This document shows, in pieces, positions 48,463 to 59,500 of a stretch of 64,000 bases of DNA. The DNA is from Aulosira sp. ZfuVER01 (lineage in GTDB: Bacteria > Cyanobacteriota > Cyanobacteriia > Cyanobacteriales > Nostocaceae): positions 96,001-160,000 of the forward strand of contig JAVRCV020000008.1 in assembly GCA_034530615.2 (NCBI GenBank), in the 5' to 3' direction. How positions within the stretch are numbered: position 1 is the first letter of the stretch; each line of letters starts with the position of its first letter. The notes beneath the pieces were generated by a model that did not search any database, had not been told where the DNA came from, and worked only from the letters and a program-made list of their open reading frames with translations. A program made the position numbers and the translations under genes.

Positions 48463-49983
48463 TTACCAAGAGTTGAGCGATCGCATCTGGGGTGTCTTTT
48501 TCTGTTGATGTGCTTCCATTCGAGTTAAGACATCATCCAGAATTGTCACGGCATCAGCGATAAACGGCCCTTTATTTAACATGACACATTCAGCCCGTTC
48601 TGCCATTGCCGCATCAGTAATCTCGGCGCGTGAGGGAATGCCTTTCTTTACGAGATTTTCTAATACCTGTGTAGCCCAAATTACCGGAACATGAGCAGCT
48701 TCACATAGCCAAAGAATTTCTTCTTGAATTTCTGCCAAACGTTGATAGCCAATTTCAATTGCTAAATCTCCTCTGGCAATCATAATGCCAAAGGGTTGTT
48801 TGGCTGCTGCCTGCACAATCAATTCTGGAAGATGGAGCACAGCTTGGGGTGTTTCAATCTTGGCGACAATCGCAGGTGGTGTATTTGGGTGTCGGCGTTC
48901 TAACTCCCATTGCAAAAGCTCAATATCCGCAGCCTGTTGGACAAAAGAATAACCCACCATATCAGCATGAATTGCGACAAAATCCAAATCCTGCAAGTCT
49001 TTATCTGTTAAGGGACTCAGATGTAAATCAGTGTCAGGAAAGTTAAGACCTTTTTCATGGGGAATTTTGTTGCCCTTCAAGTTAGCATGGGTGATGCGTA
49101 ACATTACCCCATCAGGCGTTAAAGCTTCAACTTGCGCACCAAGACTGCCATCATCAATCCAAACAATAGCACCAACTTTTAATTTATCTAAGACTTCGGG
49201 GAGAGAGCAATTTGCTTGAAAACAGTCAGAACAAATTGTGCTGGGTAAATTTCCAGTTAGCAAGATACAATCACCCCGGTATAAACGTTGCGGAGATTTG
49301 CGGGCGATCGCCATGCTAATTCTCGGCTTAGGGCCAGCTAAATCCATTAATATCTTGCAAGGATATCCTGTTTCTCTACTCGCCAGACGCACATTAGCAA
49401 TCATCGCTGACCATTCTACAGGAGTATCATGGGCACAGTTAATGCGCACGCAATCACATCCGCGTTGAATTAAATCTCGCACGAATTCGTAATTGCTGGC
49501 TGCTTGCGTCGGTAAAGTCACCATAATTCTGACTCGGCGGCGATCGCGTGTATTGCCGAATAACTCTTCTGTATGTTGTTGCAACAAGCGATCGCCTGCA
49601 AAAAACTCCTCAATTGATGGACGATTAGGTAAGATATCTGGATCTGCCTGACAAATTGCTCCCAAAGTTGCGATCGCTGCATCTAAATTCGCTAATACCC
49701 GTCCTTCAATTCGCCCCAACGAAGTTAAACCCCAAGGCATCAAAGCTGCTTGCAGATGACGCAAATCATGCCGTCTCAGTGCCAAGTAGTAGGCAAAGTT
49801 GAGGCTACTGCTAACAAAAGCTTCTCTTTGAATGTGCGATCGCCACTCGTTAAAAATTTTTTCTCCCTCTTCTATCACTAACTGACGCAACTGTTGCAGC
49901 GTATTCAGCAAATTTTGAGCATCTAATAGGTCTAAACCTGAATAATTACATAAAATATCGTGATTTTTATCTAAATTAGACAT
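48463..49983 (-). CDS. pyk: Pyruvate kinase (variant with N-terminal helical extension)
   Basis: RINCAHD, DLAGPK, IVAKIET, MIARGDLAIE, IWATQVLE, PSRAEITD, CVMLN. Confidence 0.9.
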   Translation of the reverse strand: MSNLDKNHDILCNYSGLDLLDAQNLLNTLQQLRQLVIEEGEKIFNEWRSHIQREAFVSSSLNFAYYLALRRHDLRHLQAALMPWGLTSLGRIEGRVLANLDAAIATLGAICQADPDILPNRPSIEEFFAGDRLLQQHTEELFGNTRDRRRVRIMVTLPTQAASNYEFVRDLIQRGCDCVRINCAHDTPVEWSAMIANVRLASRETGYPCKILMDLAGPKPRISMAIARKSPQRLYRGDCILLTGNLPSTICSDCFQANCSLPEVLDKLKVGAIVWIDDGSLGAQVEALTPDGVMLRITHANLKGNKIPHEKGLNFPDTDLHLSPLTDKDLQDLDFVAIHADMVGYSFVQQAADIELLQWELERRHPNTPPAIVAKIETPQAVLHLPELIVQAAAKQPFGIMIARGDLAIEIGYQRLAEIQEEILWLCEAAHVPVIWATQVLENLVKKGIPSRAEITDAAMAERAECVMLNKGPFIADAVTILDDVLTRMEAHQQKKTPQMRSLNSW

Positions 49984-50330
49984 AATTGTTTCCTTTTTCC
50001 AAGATGTTTCTTTTTACTAATACGTTTTGATTATCAAGTAAATATCTAAGGAAATTGTGAAGGAGACAACTATTTTACAAGGTTGAATCAATCTATTATT
50101 ATCAATTTAAATTTAATCCTTTATTAACTGATATTTAACCTTTGCTTAATATAGCAATACTATGAATAATCAATAAGTTTAACTATCAAAAAATCGAACT
50201 TCTATTGTTAAAGCAAAAAATAGAAAGTTAAGCAAAGAAGCCTTTCAAGCTAACAAGAACTTATTAACCAAACTTTCTCCCCTGCTGCTTTTCTCCATGA
50301 GAAAGTTAGCAAATCAAATAAAGTTTATTT

Positions 50331-50363
50331 AGCTCTCCGACTTCTTAAAGAAGTCAGGGAGCT
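50331..50363. repeat. Dispersed palindromic hairpin, copy 3, just 3' of the sugar-binding protein gene
   Basis: agctctccgacttcttaaagaagtcagggagct. Confidence 0.65.
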
Positions 50364-50387
50364 ATGCAGCGTGACAAATTTGTCTAA

Positions 50388-51734
50388 TTACTTAAAAATT
50401 AAATCTAAGCGTTGCTGAGTAATATTGAGCGCTTCTGCTGGCAAATTTTTACCCAATAATACAGATTCAATTGCCCTACCTAAATTATCAGAAATCCGCG
50501 TATAGCTAGGAAAAATTGGACGCGATCGCCCATATTGTGCTTGTTCTAGAAATACCTTAACTTGCGGTAAATTCTGAATAAATTGCTGATATTTTGCACT
50601 TTGTCGCGATTTCAAATTTACAGGTAAATAGCCTGTCCCTAAAGCTAATTCGGTCTGAAATGCTTCACTAACTGCATACTCAGCAAACTTAAACGCAGCT
50701 TTTTGTTGTTCTGGCGTAGTTTTGAACAAGAATAAATTTTCACCACCAATACTAGTTGCCGGATGCTGGGCAACAGGAATCGGAAATACATCAAAATCTA
50801 CACCACTTTGTTGAAATTCTCCCAAACTCCAGGGGCCAGTTACTTGCATTGCCACCTTACCAGAAACTAAGTCACCAACTTCATAACCCCGTTCTGGTTC
50901 AGATAACATTGCTGAACCGTCTGCAACCAGATCGTGCCAAAATTGCAAAGCGGCGATCGCTCCTTGATTATCTTTTAAAGTTACGCCTGCTGCCTGTTGT
51001 GAATCGCCACTCACCAATTCACCACCGCTACTCCACATAAATGGTAGCCAGGTGAAGACTGTAAATTCTCCCTTACCCAAAGGCAAAAGCATACCGTACC
51101 GATCGATTTGGCCATCGCCATTAGTATCACGAGTTAATTTCTGAGCAACTTGCCGCAACTCCTGCCAAGTACGAGGTAATTTAGTAATACCTGCGGCTTT
51201 AAACAGACTGGGACGATAAAAAACACCGACATTATTTGTCGCAAAAGGCATTGACCAAATTTTGCCTTTATATTCCATTGAGCCAATTAAAGTTGGGTCA
51301 ATTTCGTTTTTGACTGGTGAACTTTCCAGCATTTCATCCACAGGAATTAAAGCATCAAGTTCCACTAATTGACCGGCGATCGTCGGGTTGTACCACAATA
51401 AATCAGGGGGTGCATTGCCTACCACTGCTGCCAAAATTTTCGGCATTTGCTGATCTTGTTGCCCAATATAAAGCGACTCCACTTGTATATTTGGGTGAGT
51501 TTGATTAAATTTATCTACCAACTTTTGCAACACATCGCGATTCGGCGGTGGATTTACCCCTTGCCATAGAGTTACATGAATCACTTTTGCTTCTTCCACC
51601 CGCCGCAGGATGGCATGACATCCAGTTAAAGCTAAGATGCCTACTAGCATCAACAGCAGCCAGCGTCTTAGGTAACGTGGTAATTTGTTTCTTTTTCGCT
51701 GGGAATGGTGAGAAGTTGCAAAAAAGTTGTACAT
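50388..51734 (-). CDS. Carbohydrate ABC transporter substrate-binding lipoprotein
   Basis: Lipobox LTGC, FNQTHPNIQV, PRTWQEL, GKVAMQVTGPW, IGGENLFLF. Confidence 0.9.
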   Translation of the reverse strand: MYNFFATSHHSQRKRNKLPRYLRRWLLLMLVGILALTGCHAILRRVEEAKVIHVTLWQGVNPPPNRDVLQKLVDKFNQTHPNIQVESLYIGQQDQQMPKILAAVVGNAPPDLLWYNPTIAGQLVELDALIPVDEMLESSPVKNEIDPTLIGSMEYKGKIWSMPFATNNVGVFYRPSLFKAAGITKLPRTWQELRQVAQKLTRDTNGDGQIDRYGMLLPLGKGEFTVFTWLPFMWSSGGELVSGDSQQAAGVTLKDNQGAIAALQFWHDLVADGSAMLSEPERGYEVGDLVSGKVAMQVTGPWSLGEFQQSGVDFDVFPIPVAQHPATSIGGENLFLFKTTPEQQKAAFKFAEYAVSEAFQTELALGTGYLPVNLKSRQSAKYQQFIQNLPQVKVFLEQAQYGRSRPIFPSYTRISDNLGRAIESVLLGKNLPAEALNITQQRLDLIFK

Positions 51735-51833
51735 GAAATCGATGAATGACTAATTATCGAAAGCGATCGCCACAACTTTGGCACTTTTACTAAGTGTTGC
51801 ACAATTATCTTAGGTAAGAGTCAATGGTCAATC

Positions 51834-52028
51834 AATTTTGAATTTTAGATTGCCAATTTTGGATTGAACCCAACCACAAGGATATGTTGCACAAGGATTT
51901 TAAATTTTGAAGCCACTGCATTGCGGAGGAAAGTTGCGTAGGTGGGTTTCCCGGCTTGTTCGCTGCAAGCACTTCCGCAGGGTAGCAACTGGCGTCAATC
52001 TAAAATCTAAAATCCAAAATCTAAAATC
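51834..52028. repeat. Inverted ttttgga/aatctaa heptamer tracts enclosing a nested hairpin repeat (51911-51996)
   Basis: attttgaattttagatt... and aatctaaaatctaaaatccaaaatctaaaatc; reverse complement of the core begins gacgccagttgctac. Confidence 0.6.
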
Positions 52029-52112
52029 GTTTGACTCTTTTCCCAAATGCCTTTGCATTTTGGTAAAAGCTACGTATATCCTAAATTTTGAAATCATAGT
52101 TAAGTTCAGGTT

Positions 52113-52871
52113 ATGGCAGGACATAGTAAATGGGCGAATATTAAGCGCCAAAAGGCAGTAGTAGATGCAAAAAGGGCAAAGACTTTTACCCAACTGTCGC
52201 GAGCAATTATTGTTGCGGCGAGAAGCGGTGTGCCAGATCCCGCCGGAAATTTTCAACTGCGGACAGCAATTGATAAAGCTAAGGCGGCGGGGATTCCCAA
52301 TGATAATATTGAACGAGCGATCGCTAAAGGTGCAGGTACATTTGGCGGAGATAACTCCAGTTTAGAAGCGATTCGCTATGAAGGTTACGGCCCTGGTGGT
52401 GTAGCGATTTTAATTGAAGCCCTGACAGATAATCGCAATCGTACTGCTGCTGACTTACGCGCCGCTTTTAGTAAAAATGGTGGCAATCTGGGTGAAACAG
52501 GTTGTGTTAGCTGGATGTTTGAACAAAAAGGCGTTTGTACAATCCAGGGAGTAGGAGATGAAGAACCACTGTTAGAAGCATCCTTAGAAGGTGGGGCTGA
52601 GTCTTACGAAATGGCTGAGGATGAAATAGCGGAAGTCTTTAGCGCCGTAGAAAATTTAGAGACTCTCAACAAAACCCTCAACGACAAAGGTTTTACAGTA
52701 ACTGATACAGAATTGCGCTGGATTCCTAGTAATACCGTCGAAGTTACCGATACCGATCAAGCGCGATCGCTTCTGAAATTAATGGATACTTTAGAAGGTT
52801 TAGATGATGTTCAAAATGTGACATCCAATTTTGAAATGTCAGAAAGCCTAATGGCTATGAGTATTGTCTAG
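52113..52871 (+). CDS. yebC: YebC/PmpR family protein
   Basis: MAGHSKWANIKRQK, YEGYGPGG, TDNRNRT, LEGLDDVQNV. Confidence 0.97.
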   Translation: MAGHSKWANIKRQKAVVDAKRAKTFTQLSRAIIVAARSGVPDPAGNFQLRTAIDKAKAAGIPNDNIERAIAKGAGTFGGDNSSLEAIRYEGYGPGGVAILIEALTDNRNRTAADLRAAFSKNGGNLGETGCVSWMFEQKGVCTIQGVGDEEPLLEASLEGGAESYEMAEDEIAEVFSAVENLETLNKTLNDKGFTVTDTELRWIPSNTVEVTDTDQARSLLKLMDTLEGLDDVQNVTSNFEMSESLMAMSIV

Positions 52872-52882
52872 AGGAATATTTA

Positions 52883-52976
52883 GGAACTTCCAAATAGAGT
52901 AGGGAAGCAGGGAGCAAGGGGAAGAAACCGTTGTGTTAATTCCAGAAATTTGGATAATTTCTTTTTTGGAGTTCCC
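52883..52976. mobile_element. Short MITE-like element
   Basis: Inverted ends ggaacttccaaa / tttggagttccc. Confidence 0.45.
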
Positions 52977-53118
52977 TGACAACAGAAAAACAGACATACA
53001 AATTTCATAGAAATTGCAAACTTATGACACAAAGCTATGGGATTGTTTGATTGTTAATACATAGATAAACAATTACCCTAAATAATTTGGTTAAAGTCTT
53101 GTTTTGGTTTTAAACATC

Positions 53119-53338
53119 AGGAGCATCCCAATTTTGCAAATTTATCAAATTCAAACTAGTTATTGCGAATGGAGCGTTAGCCCTTGGCGTTCCCGTTCGG
53201 CTTTCCCACAGGGTAGAGTAGGGTAGCAATCGCAGCAGCTAGACTTTGCAATTGCTTCTCTGCGAGACGCTCCGCGAACGCTTCATTTCATTACTCTCGC
53301 AATGACAAAATATGTTTTTACACATTTGGGATGCTCCC
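53119..53338. mobile_element. MITE-like element (~220 bp)
   Basis: Terminal inverted repeats ggagcatcccaattttgcaaa / tttacacatttgggatgctcc (18/21); internal gttattgcga...tcgcaatgac inverted pair. Confidence 0.65.
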
Positions 53339-53869
53339 TAAACATTACTATCTCCCGCATTTGCTGTCTCCTGTTCCCTACATCACCAAATAAAAGAGTA
53401 TCAATCTAAAAAATTTGTTTTTCCTCTGGTAAAACGCTGTTTATTTCTTGAGCTTGCTGCTATGATGAAGGTTTTTTATTTTGAATCTTGAGTATAGTTG
53501 CTATAAGATTTTTATATCAAAATTATGAAATGTCAGATGATATATCGATTCAAAAAAACAATTTTGTCAGAGAAAAATATAAAAATCTACATATAAAATT
53601 TATATAAACAACAAGCTAAAAACACATTATTTTGCGATACTATAATGGTCTGCTATCAAAGATATGCAAAATATCAAATAGAGAAGTTGGCGTTAACTCC
53701 CAAGTTTGGCTCTATTTTTAGCTGTATTAACTGCAAACCTATTTTCTAACCAACGTTTGAGGTTCTGATACAGCAGCCTCCGCCAAGATAAGTGACTGCT
53801 AATTTCTACACTCCATAGCAGAAAGAAAATTCTTTTTTGATTTTCCCGTAACTACACACTATACCATTT

Positions 53870-53899
53870 GAGCCTGTTACCTTCGGTAGCAGGTTTTTT
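53870..53899 (+). terminator. Rho-independent terminator
   Basis: gcctgttacc-ttc-ggtagcaggt followed by a T run. Confidence 0.7.
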
Positions 53900-54264
53900 G
53901 TATTGTTAATTTATTCAAATAAATAGTTCTCATTTTAAAATTGTCGGCGGTTTTCTCTATTCTCTTTCTTCCCCAGGTAGATAATTGCGCAGCCTTTATT
54001 TGTTAAGCTAGAAAGTACTGGCTACAAACCCTCAAAATAATTTAAGCTTCGTTTATATGTCTTTACATAGTTATTTATTTATACACATTTATTAACTTTA
54101 ATCAAACTATTGTATGACCAGGAAACTGAAAACCTATTTACAATAAATGCAAAGCTTATAGTCAAAATCTCCACTAAAACTTCATAGGAATAACAAATCA
54201 CTGACATATACTTCTGGGATAGTTAAATCGTTGGTTACTTAATCAAATAAATCGTAAATCTCTC

Positions 54265-54474
54265 ATGAATAAATTAGCTAAAGGTTTACTTCTTGCTCTA
54301 GCGATCGCTACCCCTGTAGCTATGTCTGCACCCATTTTTCAAGCTGAAGCAGCAACCCCACATAAAACGCATCATGTAGCAGCAGCTAAAGCTAATGGTG
54401 GCAAAGTTGTTAAGCATAAACATCACAGGAAACATCTCAAGCACCGTGCTAATTCAGCAACAACTAAAAAATAA
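54265..54474 (+). CDS. Small secreted His/Lys-rich protein
   Basis: Signal peptide MNKLAKGLLLALAIATPVAMSAPIFQAEA; mature part with HKTHH and KHKHHRKHLKH; terminator downstream. Confidence 0.75.
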   Translation: MNKLAKGLLLALAIATPVAMSAPIFQAEAATPHKTHHVAAAKANGGKVVKHKHHRKHLKHRANSATTKK

Positions 54475-54588
54475 AACCTTGTATTTAGCTTTGCGCTTTG
54501 AAAGCCGCGATTACCTAGGGTATCAATAGTTTGTATTAGCTTTAAACTTAGTTTGTCTTTATTTATCTTTGCTCAAGATAACAACATT

Positions 54589-54628
54589 AAACCTCGCCGC
54601 GTTCCTTATTAATCAGCGAGGTTTTTTC
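54589..54628 (+). terminator. Probable Rho-independent terminator
   Basis: aacctcgc...gcgaggtt followed by a T run. Confidence 0.55.
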
Positions 54629-54670
54629 TTATTTCAACTCAGTTAAGCTAATTAATGCACATTAAACTTA

Positions 54671-54788
54671 TATAGCAATCCTATTGGAGTTGTGAAAAAT
54701 ATCAGTGGTAGCTGTTAGCTATCAACTGTTAACTCTCATTGGTCAAGATTCTGTATTTGAGATTTCACAAATAATTAGGACTGCTATA
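54671..54788. mobile_element. MITE-like element (~118 bp)
   Basis: Inverted ends tatagcaatcctattggagttgtgaaa / tttcacaaataattaggactgctata. Confidence 0.65.
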
Positions 54789-55082
54789 TGTTGACTAATA
54801 ATTCCTTGATGGTATAAAGCCAGCAGATTTATCTGTGGAATAAATCGAATATCAAAATTCCTAAGCCCTAAGATTAACCTGAAAATTCAATCCCAAATCT
54901 AAACTTAGCAACCCTTTTGAGATCTGAGTTTCTTAATTTTGAATTTTGCGGAAAGTCTGAGCGGAGGTTTCCTCCGCTCAAACTTTCCAAGAGAGAATTT
55001 TGAATTTTGAATTGATCTAACTTGCTCTAAACCGCCCAATTGCGTCAGAATAATAGTTAAGATGCTGTAATTTATCTTAACA

Positions 55083-56342
55083 ATGCCGCTAACACAGCTT
55101 TTGCAAACCCTAAACCCTCCCCAAACATCCACAGACAAGCGGGGATATGATTATGATTTGGTGATTGTCGGCGGCGGGATTATCGGATTAACCCTAGCCT
55201 CTGCCTTAAAAGATTCAGGCTTGAATATACTGCTGGTAGAAGCAAAAGTAGCATCAGCCGCAGTAGCCAAAGGGCAAGCCTACGCAATCCACATGCTTTC
55301 AGCGCTAATTTACCAAGGAATTGGTATTTGGGACAAAATTTTGCCTCAAATCGCCAAGTATAACCGCGTTCGCCTATCTGATGCTGACTATTCTGAGGTA
55401 GTGGAATTTGAAACAGCAGATTTAGGTACGCCAGAGTTGGGTTATGTAGCAGAACACCAAGCACTGTTACAACCCTTACAAGAATTTGTGCGCGATTGTG
55501 CCAATGTGACTTATATATGTCCCGCAGAGGTAGTTAATACACAGTACCAACAGGACATAGTAGCCATAGATATTAAATTGGCAGAACAGATCCACACAGT
55601 TCGCAGTAAATTACTAGTAGCCGCAGATGGAGCGCGATCGCCTATTCGCCAAGCAGCAGGAATTAAAACTCACGGCTGGAAATATTGGCAATCGTGCATT
55701 GTAGCTTTTGTGCAACCAGAAAAACCCCACAACAATACCGCCTACGAAAAATTTTGGACTAGCGGGCCGTTTGCAATTTTACCCTTACCTGGGAACCGTT
55801 GCCGAATTGTCTGGACAGCGCCCCATGCAGAAGCCAAAGCTTTATGTGAGTTAGATGATGAGCAATTTTTAGCAGAACTCACCCGTCGGTTTGGTAATCA
55901 GATGGGTAAGTTGCAATTATTAGGCGATCGCTTTATTTTCCAAGTACAACTCATGCAAAGCGATCGCTATGTCTTACCCAGATTGGCATTAATTGGGGAT
56001 GCAGCTCACAATTGCCATCCTGTTGGCGGACAAGGTTTAAATCTAGGTATTCGCGATGCAGCTGCTTTAGCTCAAGTACTGCAAACAGCCAACGCAGCTG
56101 GTGAAGACATTGGCAAAATCCAGATTCTCAAACGTTATGAACGCTGGCGTCAGCGAGAAAACCTGACAATATTAGGTTTCACCGATTTATTAGATCGGAT
56201 GTTTTCTAACAACTTCTTACCCTTGTTGATAGTTCGGCGTCTGGGTTTATGGATTATGCGTCGAGTACCAATGCTAAAAATCTATACTCTCAAGTTGATG
56301 ATTGGCTTAAAAGGGCAGACTCCAGAATTGGCAAAAAGGTAA
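55083..56342 (+). CDS. UbiH/COQ6 family FAD-dependent hydroxylase
   Basis: IVGGGIIG, VAADGARS, LIGDAAHNCHPVGGQGLNLG. Confidence 0.92.
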   Translation: MPLTQLLQTLNPPQTSTDKRGYDYDLVIVGGGIIGLTLASALKDSGLNILLVEAKVASAAVAKGQAYAIHMLSALIYQGIGIWDKILPQIAKYNRVRLSDADYSEVVEFETADLGTPELGYVAEHQALLQPLQEFVRDCANVTYICPAEVVNTQYQQDIVAIDIKLAEQIHTVRSKLLVAADGARSPIRQAAGIKTHGWKYWQSCIVAFVQPEKPHNNTAYEKFWTSGPFAILPLPGNRCRIVWTAPHAEAKALCELDDEQFLAELTRRFGNQMGKLQLLGDRFIFQVQLMQSDRYVLPRLALIGDAAHNCHPVGGQGLNLGIRDAAALAQVLQTANAAGEDIGKIQILKRYERWRQRENLTILGFTDLLDRMFSNNFLPLLIVRRLGLWIMRRVPMLKIYTLKLMIGLKGQTPELAKR

Positions 56343-56380
56343 ATTTGTCAAGAGTCATTATTCTCCTTATCTGCCTTGTC

Positions 56381-56551
56381 AACGCCACTTGCTACAACGG
56401 GGGGAACCCCCGCAACGCAGTGGCTCCTCAAGTCGGGAGACCCTTTCGGCAGTTCCTCCTGGGGGGAACCCCCAAGACCGGACTGCCGACGCTCCTACGT
56501 CGCTACCGCTTCGCTAACACCACGCAACTGGCTCCGCAACGCAGTGGCTCC
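56381..56551. repeat. Tandem/nested small dispersed hairpin repeats between convergent genes
   Basis: acgccacttgctacaacggggggaacccccgcaacgcagtggctc followed by nested copies; cgcaacgcagtggctcct occurs twice. Confidence 0.85.
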
Positions 56552-56567
56552 TGCTTGTCTTCCCCTA

Positions 56568-59500
56568 CTACTCAACTCGTCCTGCTGCTTGAGCAATGAT
56601 TAGAGCCAAATTCGCCGGGTTAATTGGTTTGGTAATGTGGGTTTGAAAGCCAGCTAAGAGGTTTTGTGGCTGCTGAATATCTTCGGTATACGCAGTGAGT
56701 GCGATTACGGGAATTTGCCCTCCTAACTCTGGGGGCATAGCTCTAATTTGACGGATCAACGTATAACCGTCGATTTCTGGTATACCAATATTGCTCAATA
56801 ATACATTTGGCTGGAAGTCAATTAGAACTTGTAGCGCCTCGGTAGGCGATCGCACTTGAGTGACTTCGGCTCCTAACTGTTCTAGAAAGTAACTAATCAA
56901 ATCTCCTGTATCGAAATCATCATCGACAACCAGAACTTTGACTCCATTGAGATCGGGAAATTCATCTAGTTGTTTCTTACCTTGATAGCTATCTAAATGC
57001 GTCTGTATTAATGGCAGCGTTACTGTAAAGGTTGCTCCTTGCCCTTCTCCAGGGCTTTCTGCTCTCACCGTACCACCATGTAGCTCGACCAGGTGACGGA
57101 CAATGGCTAACCCTAAACCCAATCCACCAAATTTCCTGGTATTCGTGCTATCAGCTTGCCGGAAGTAGTCAAATACATAAGGTAAAAAATCAGGGCTAAT
57201 GCCTTTACCTGTATCCTCCACCTGTAACTGTACCTGGGAACCCAAGGATGCTAAACGAATTTCTATGCGTCCATTTGGCGGCGTAAACTTTACAGCATTA
57301 GATAGTAAGTTCCAAACAACTTGCTGTAAACGATTGCGATCGCCACAAATCTTACCGACATTCGGTTGTAGTTGCACTTGAAGCTGAATGCATTTAGCTT
57401 CAGCAGCTAACTGAACATTTTCTACAGCTGCGGCGATTGTTGATGCTGGATCAACTTGAGTAATATTTAAGTTGAGCTTGCCTTGCAGAATGCGAGAGAC
57501 ATCAAGTAAATCTTCAATCAACTCGGTCTGAAGTTTTGCATTGCGCTCGATAGTTTCCAGAGCGCGGGTAGTGGTTGCTTCATCACACTTTTGAGTACGC
57601 AGTAACTTCGACCATCCCAAAATTGGGTTAAGCGGTGTGCGCAGTTCATGGGAGAGAACTGCTAAAAATTCATCTTTGAGTCGGTTAGCTTGAATCAATT
57701 GCTCTGTTTGCTGCTGCAACGAAACCACTAATTCAGCACGTTCTAGGGCGATCGCTATTTGGTCAGAAGTTGCTTGCAGCAGCTCTATCTCCTCTGGGGT
57801 AAACTGATTACGGGTGCGGCTGCCAAAAGACAGTACACCAAGTAACTTGCCACGAGCAATTAACGGTTGAGCTGCATAAGCTGTCATATTTAAAGTGCAG
57901 AGTATCTCAGTATTTGGATGGGTGGAATGCTGCACATTGTTAACAATAATTTGACGATGTGTGTGTGCGGCTAATCCGCATACAGCTTGACCCATTTCCA
58001 GCCATTCAATTATCGGGACTACTCGATCGTCAATCCCACTCCACGACTTCAAGTGCAGTTTTTGCCTATTTCCCTGTGTATCGATTAGATAGTTAAAGTA
58101 ACAATGTAAATCCATCTGGGCTGAGAGTTTGGCGAACAAATCATTCATTAACTCTAGAGGGTGCTCAGTTGAAAGCAAATCACTAGCTGTTTCCGAGAGT
58201 AACTTCAATCGTTCACTATGTTTTTGTAAAGCTTGTTCTGCTTGCTGGCGTTGTCGTAGCGCGCGTTCGCGTTCGGTAATATCAACCGCCACGCCTCCTA
58301 CTAAGCATTTTCCAGAAGGATCGGTAATAGGAAACTTGTAAACCAAAAAGTCGCCCATCGTGCCATCTTGTAGTGGGGCTAACTCGATCGCCTCAACGAC
58401 TTGATTTGTCTGGACGACTTTTCTAATATTATTGAGAAATTTTTGAGCAATTTCTCTTGGGTAGAGGTCAAATACCGTTTTACCGATCGCGTCGGTTGTT
58501 GATAATTGGAATGTGCGGTAATAAGTTGGACTTAGATAGAGTATATGTCCTCGGCTATCTGTAATCCAGGCTGCGGCTGGGCTGTTGTCCATAAAAGCCT
58601 GAAATCGCTCTTCACTTTGGTGTAGCGCTCTTTCAGTTTGTTTGCGACTGCTAATGTCAAGAATAAAAGCCATTGATTGCTGTCGAGGCTCGCGTAACAG
58701 AGAGTAGCCAACTACAACAGGTACGCGGGAACCATCTTTACGAATAAATTCTTTCTCATAAGGGGTACAAGTTCCCTTAACCTTGGCTTCAGCGATACCT
58801 AATTCATCTAAATCCCAGTATTCTGGGGGCGTGATATTCAGCCAACTGAGTCTACCTGCTTGGAGATCGGCGCGACTATAGCCAACAATTCGTAGAAACT
58901 CTTCATTGGCTTCGACAATGCTACCGTTTTCATGACCAAAGAGAATTCCTACTAAATTCGCTTCAAAAAAACTTCTCAGCCGTTCTTGGCTAGCTCGAAC
59001 TACTGCTTCTGCTTCCTGGCGATCGCGTCGTGCAGCTTGCTGTTCGCTGATATTCTGAAAATATACGTTTATACCCTCTTCTGAAGGATAAACGTGGATA
59101 TCATACCAACAATCACAAGCTTGATAGTAGTATTCAAAGTTAATCGGCACGCTTTCAGCACAGGCGCGATGATATTGCTGATAAACTACAGTATCGGTGA
59201 ACACTGGATATTGCTCCCAAATGTTTTTACCCAGTAATTCATGGCGCGGTTGACCTAAAATGCGCTCTGCACAACTATTAATGTATGTAAAACACCAATC
59301 ACGATCCAAAGAATAAAAAGCATCGGTCATGCTTTCTAAAATAGTGGTGACTTGCGCTTTTGCGGTTTTTAACTCGGTTTGTAATTGTTGCTGTCGCTGC
59401 ACAGTTGCTTGACGCAAACGACTCATCTTCAAATTTATTTTGATTCGAGATAACAGTTGCGAGTCAGAAAAAGGCTGGCTGAGATAATCATCGGCTCCCA

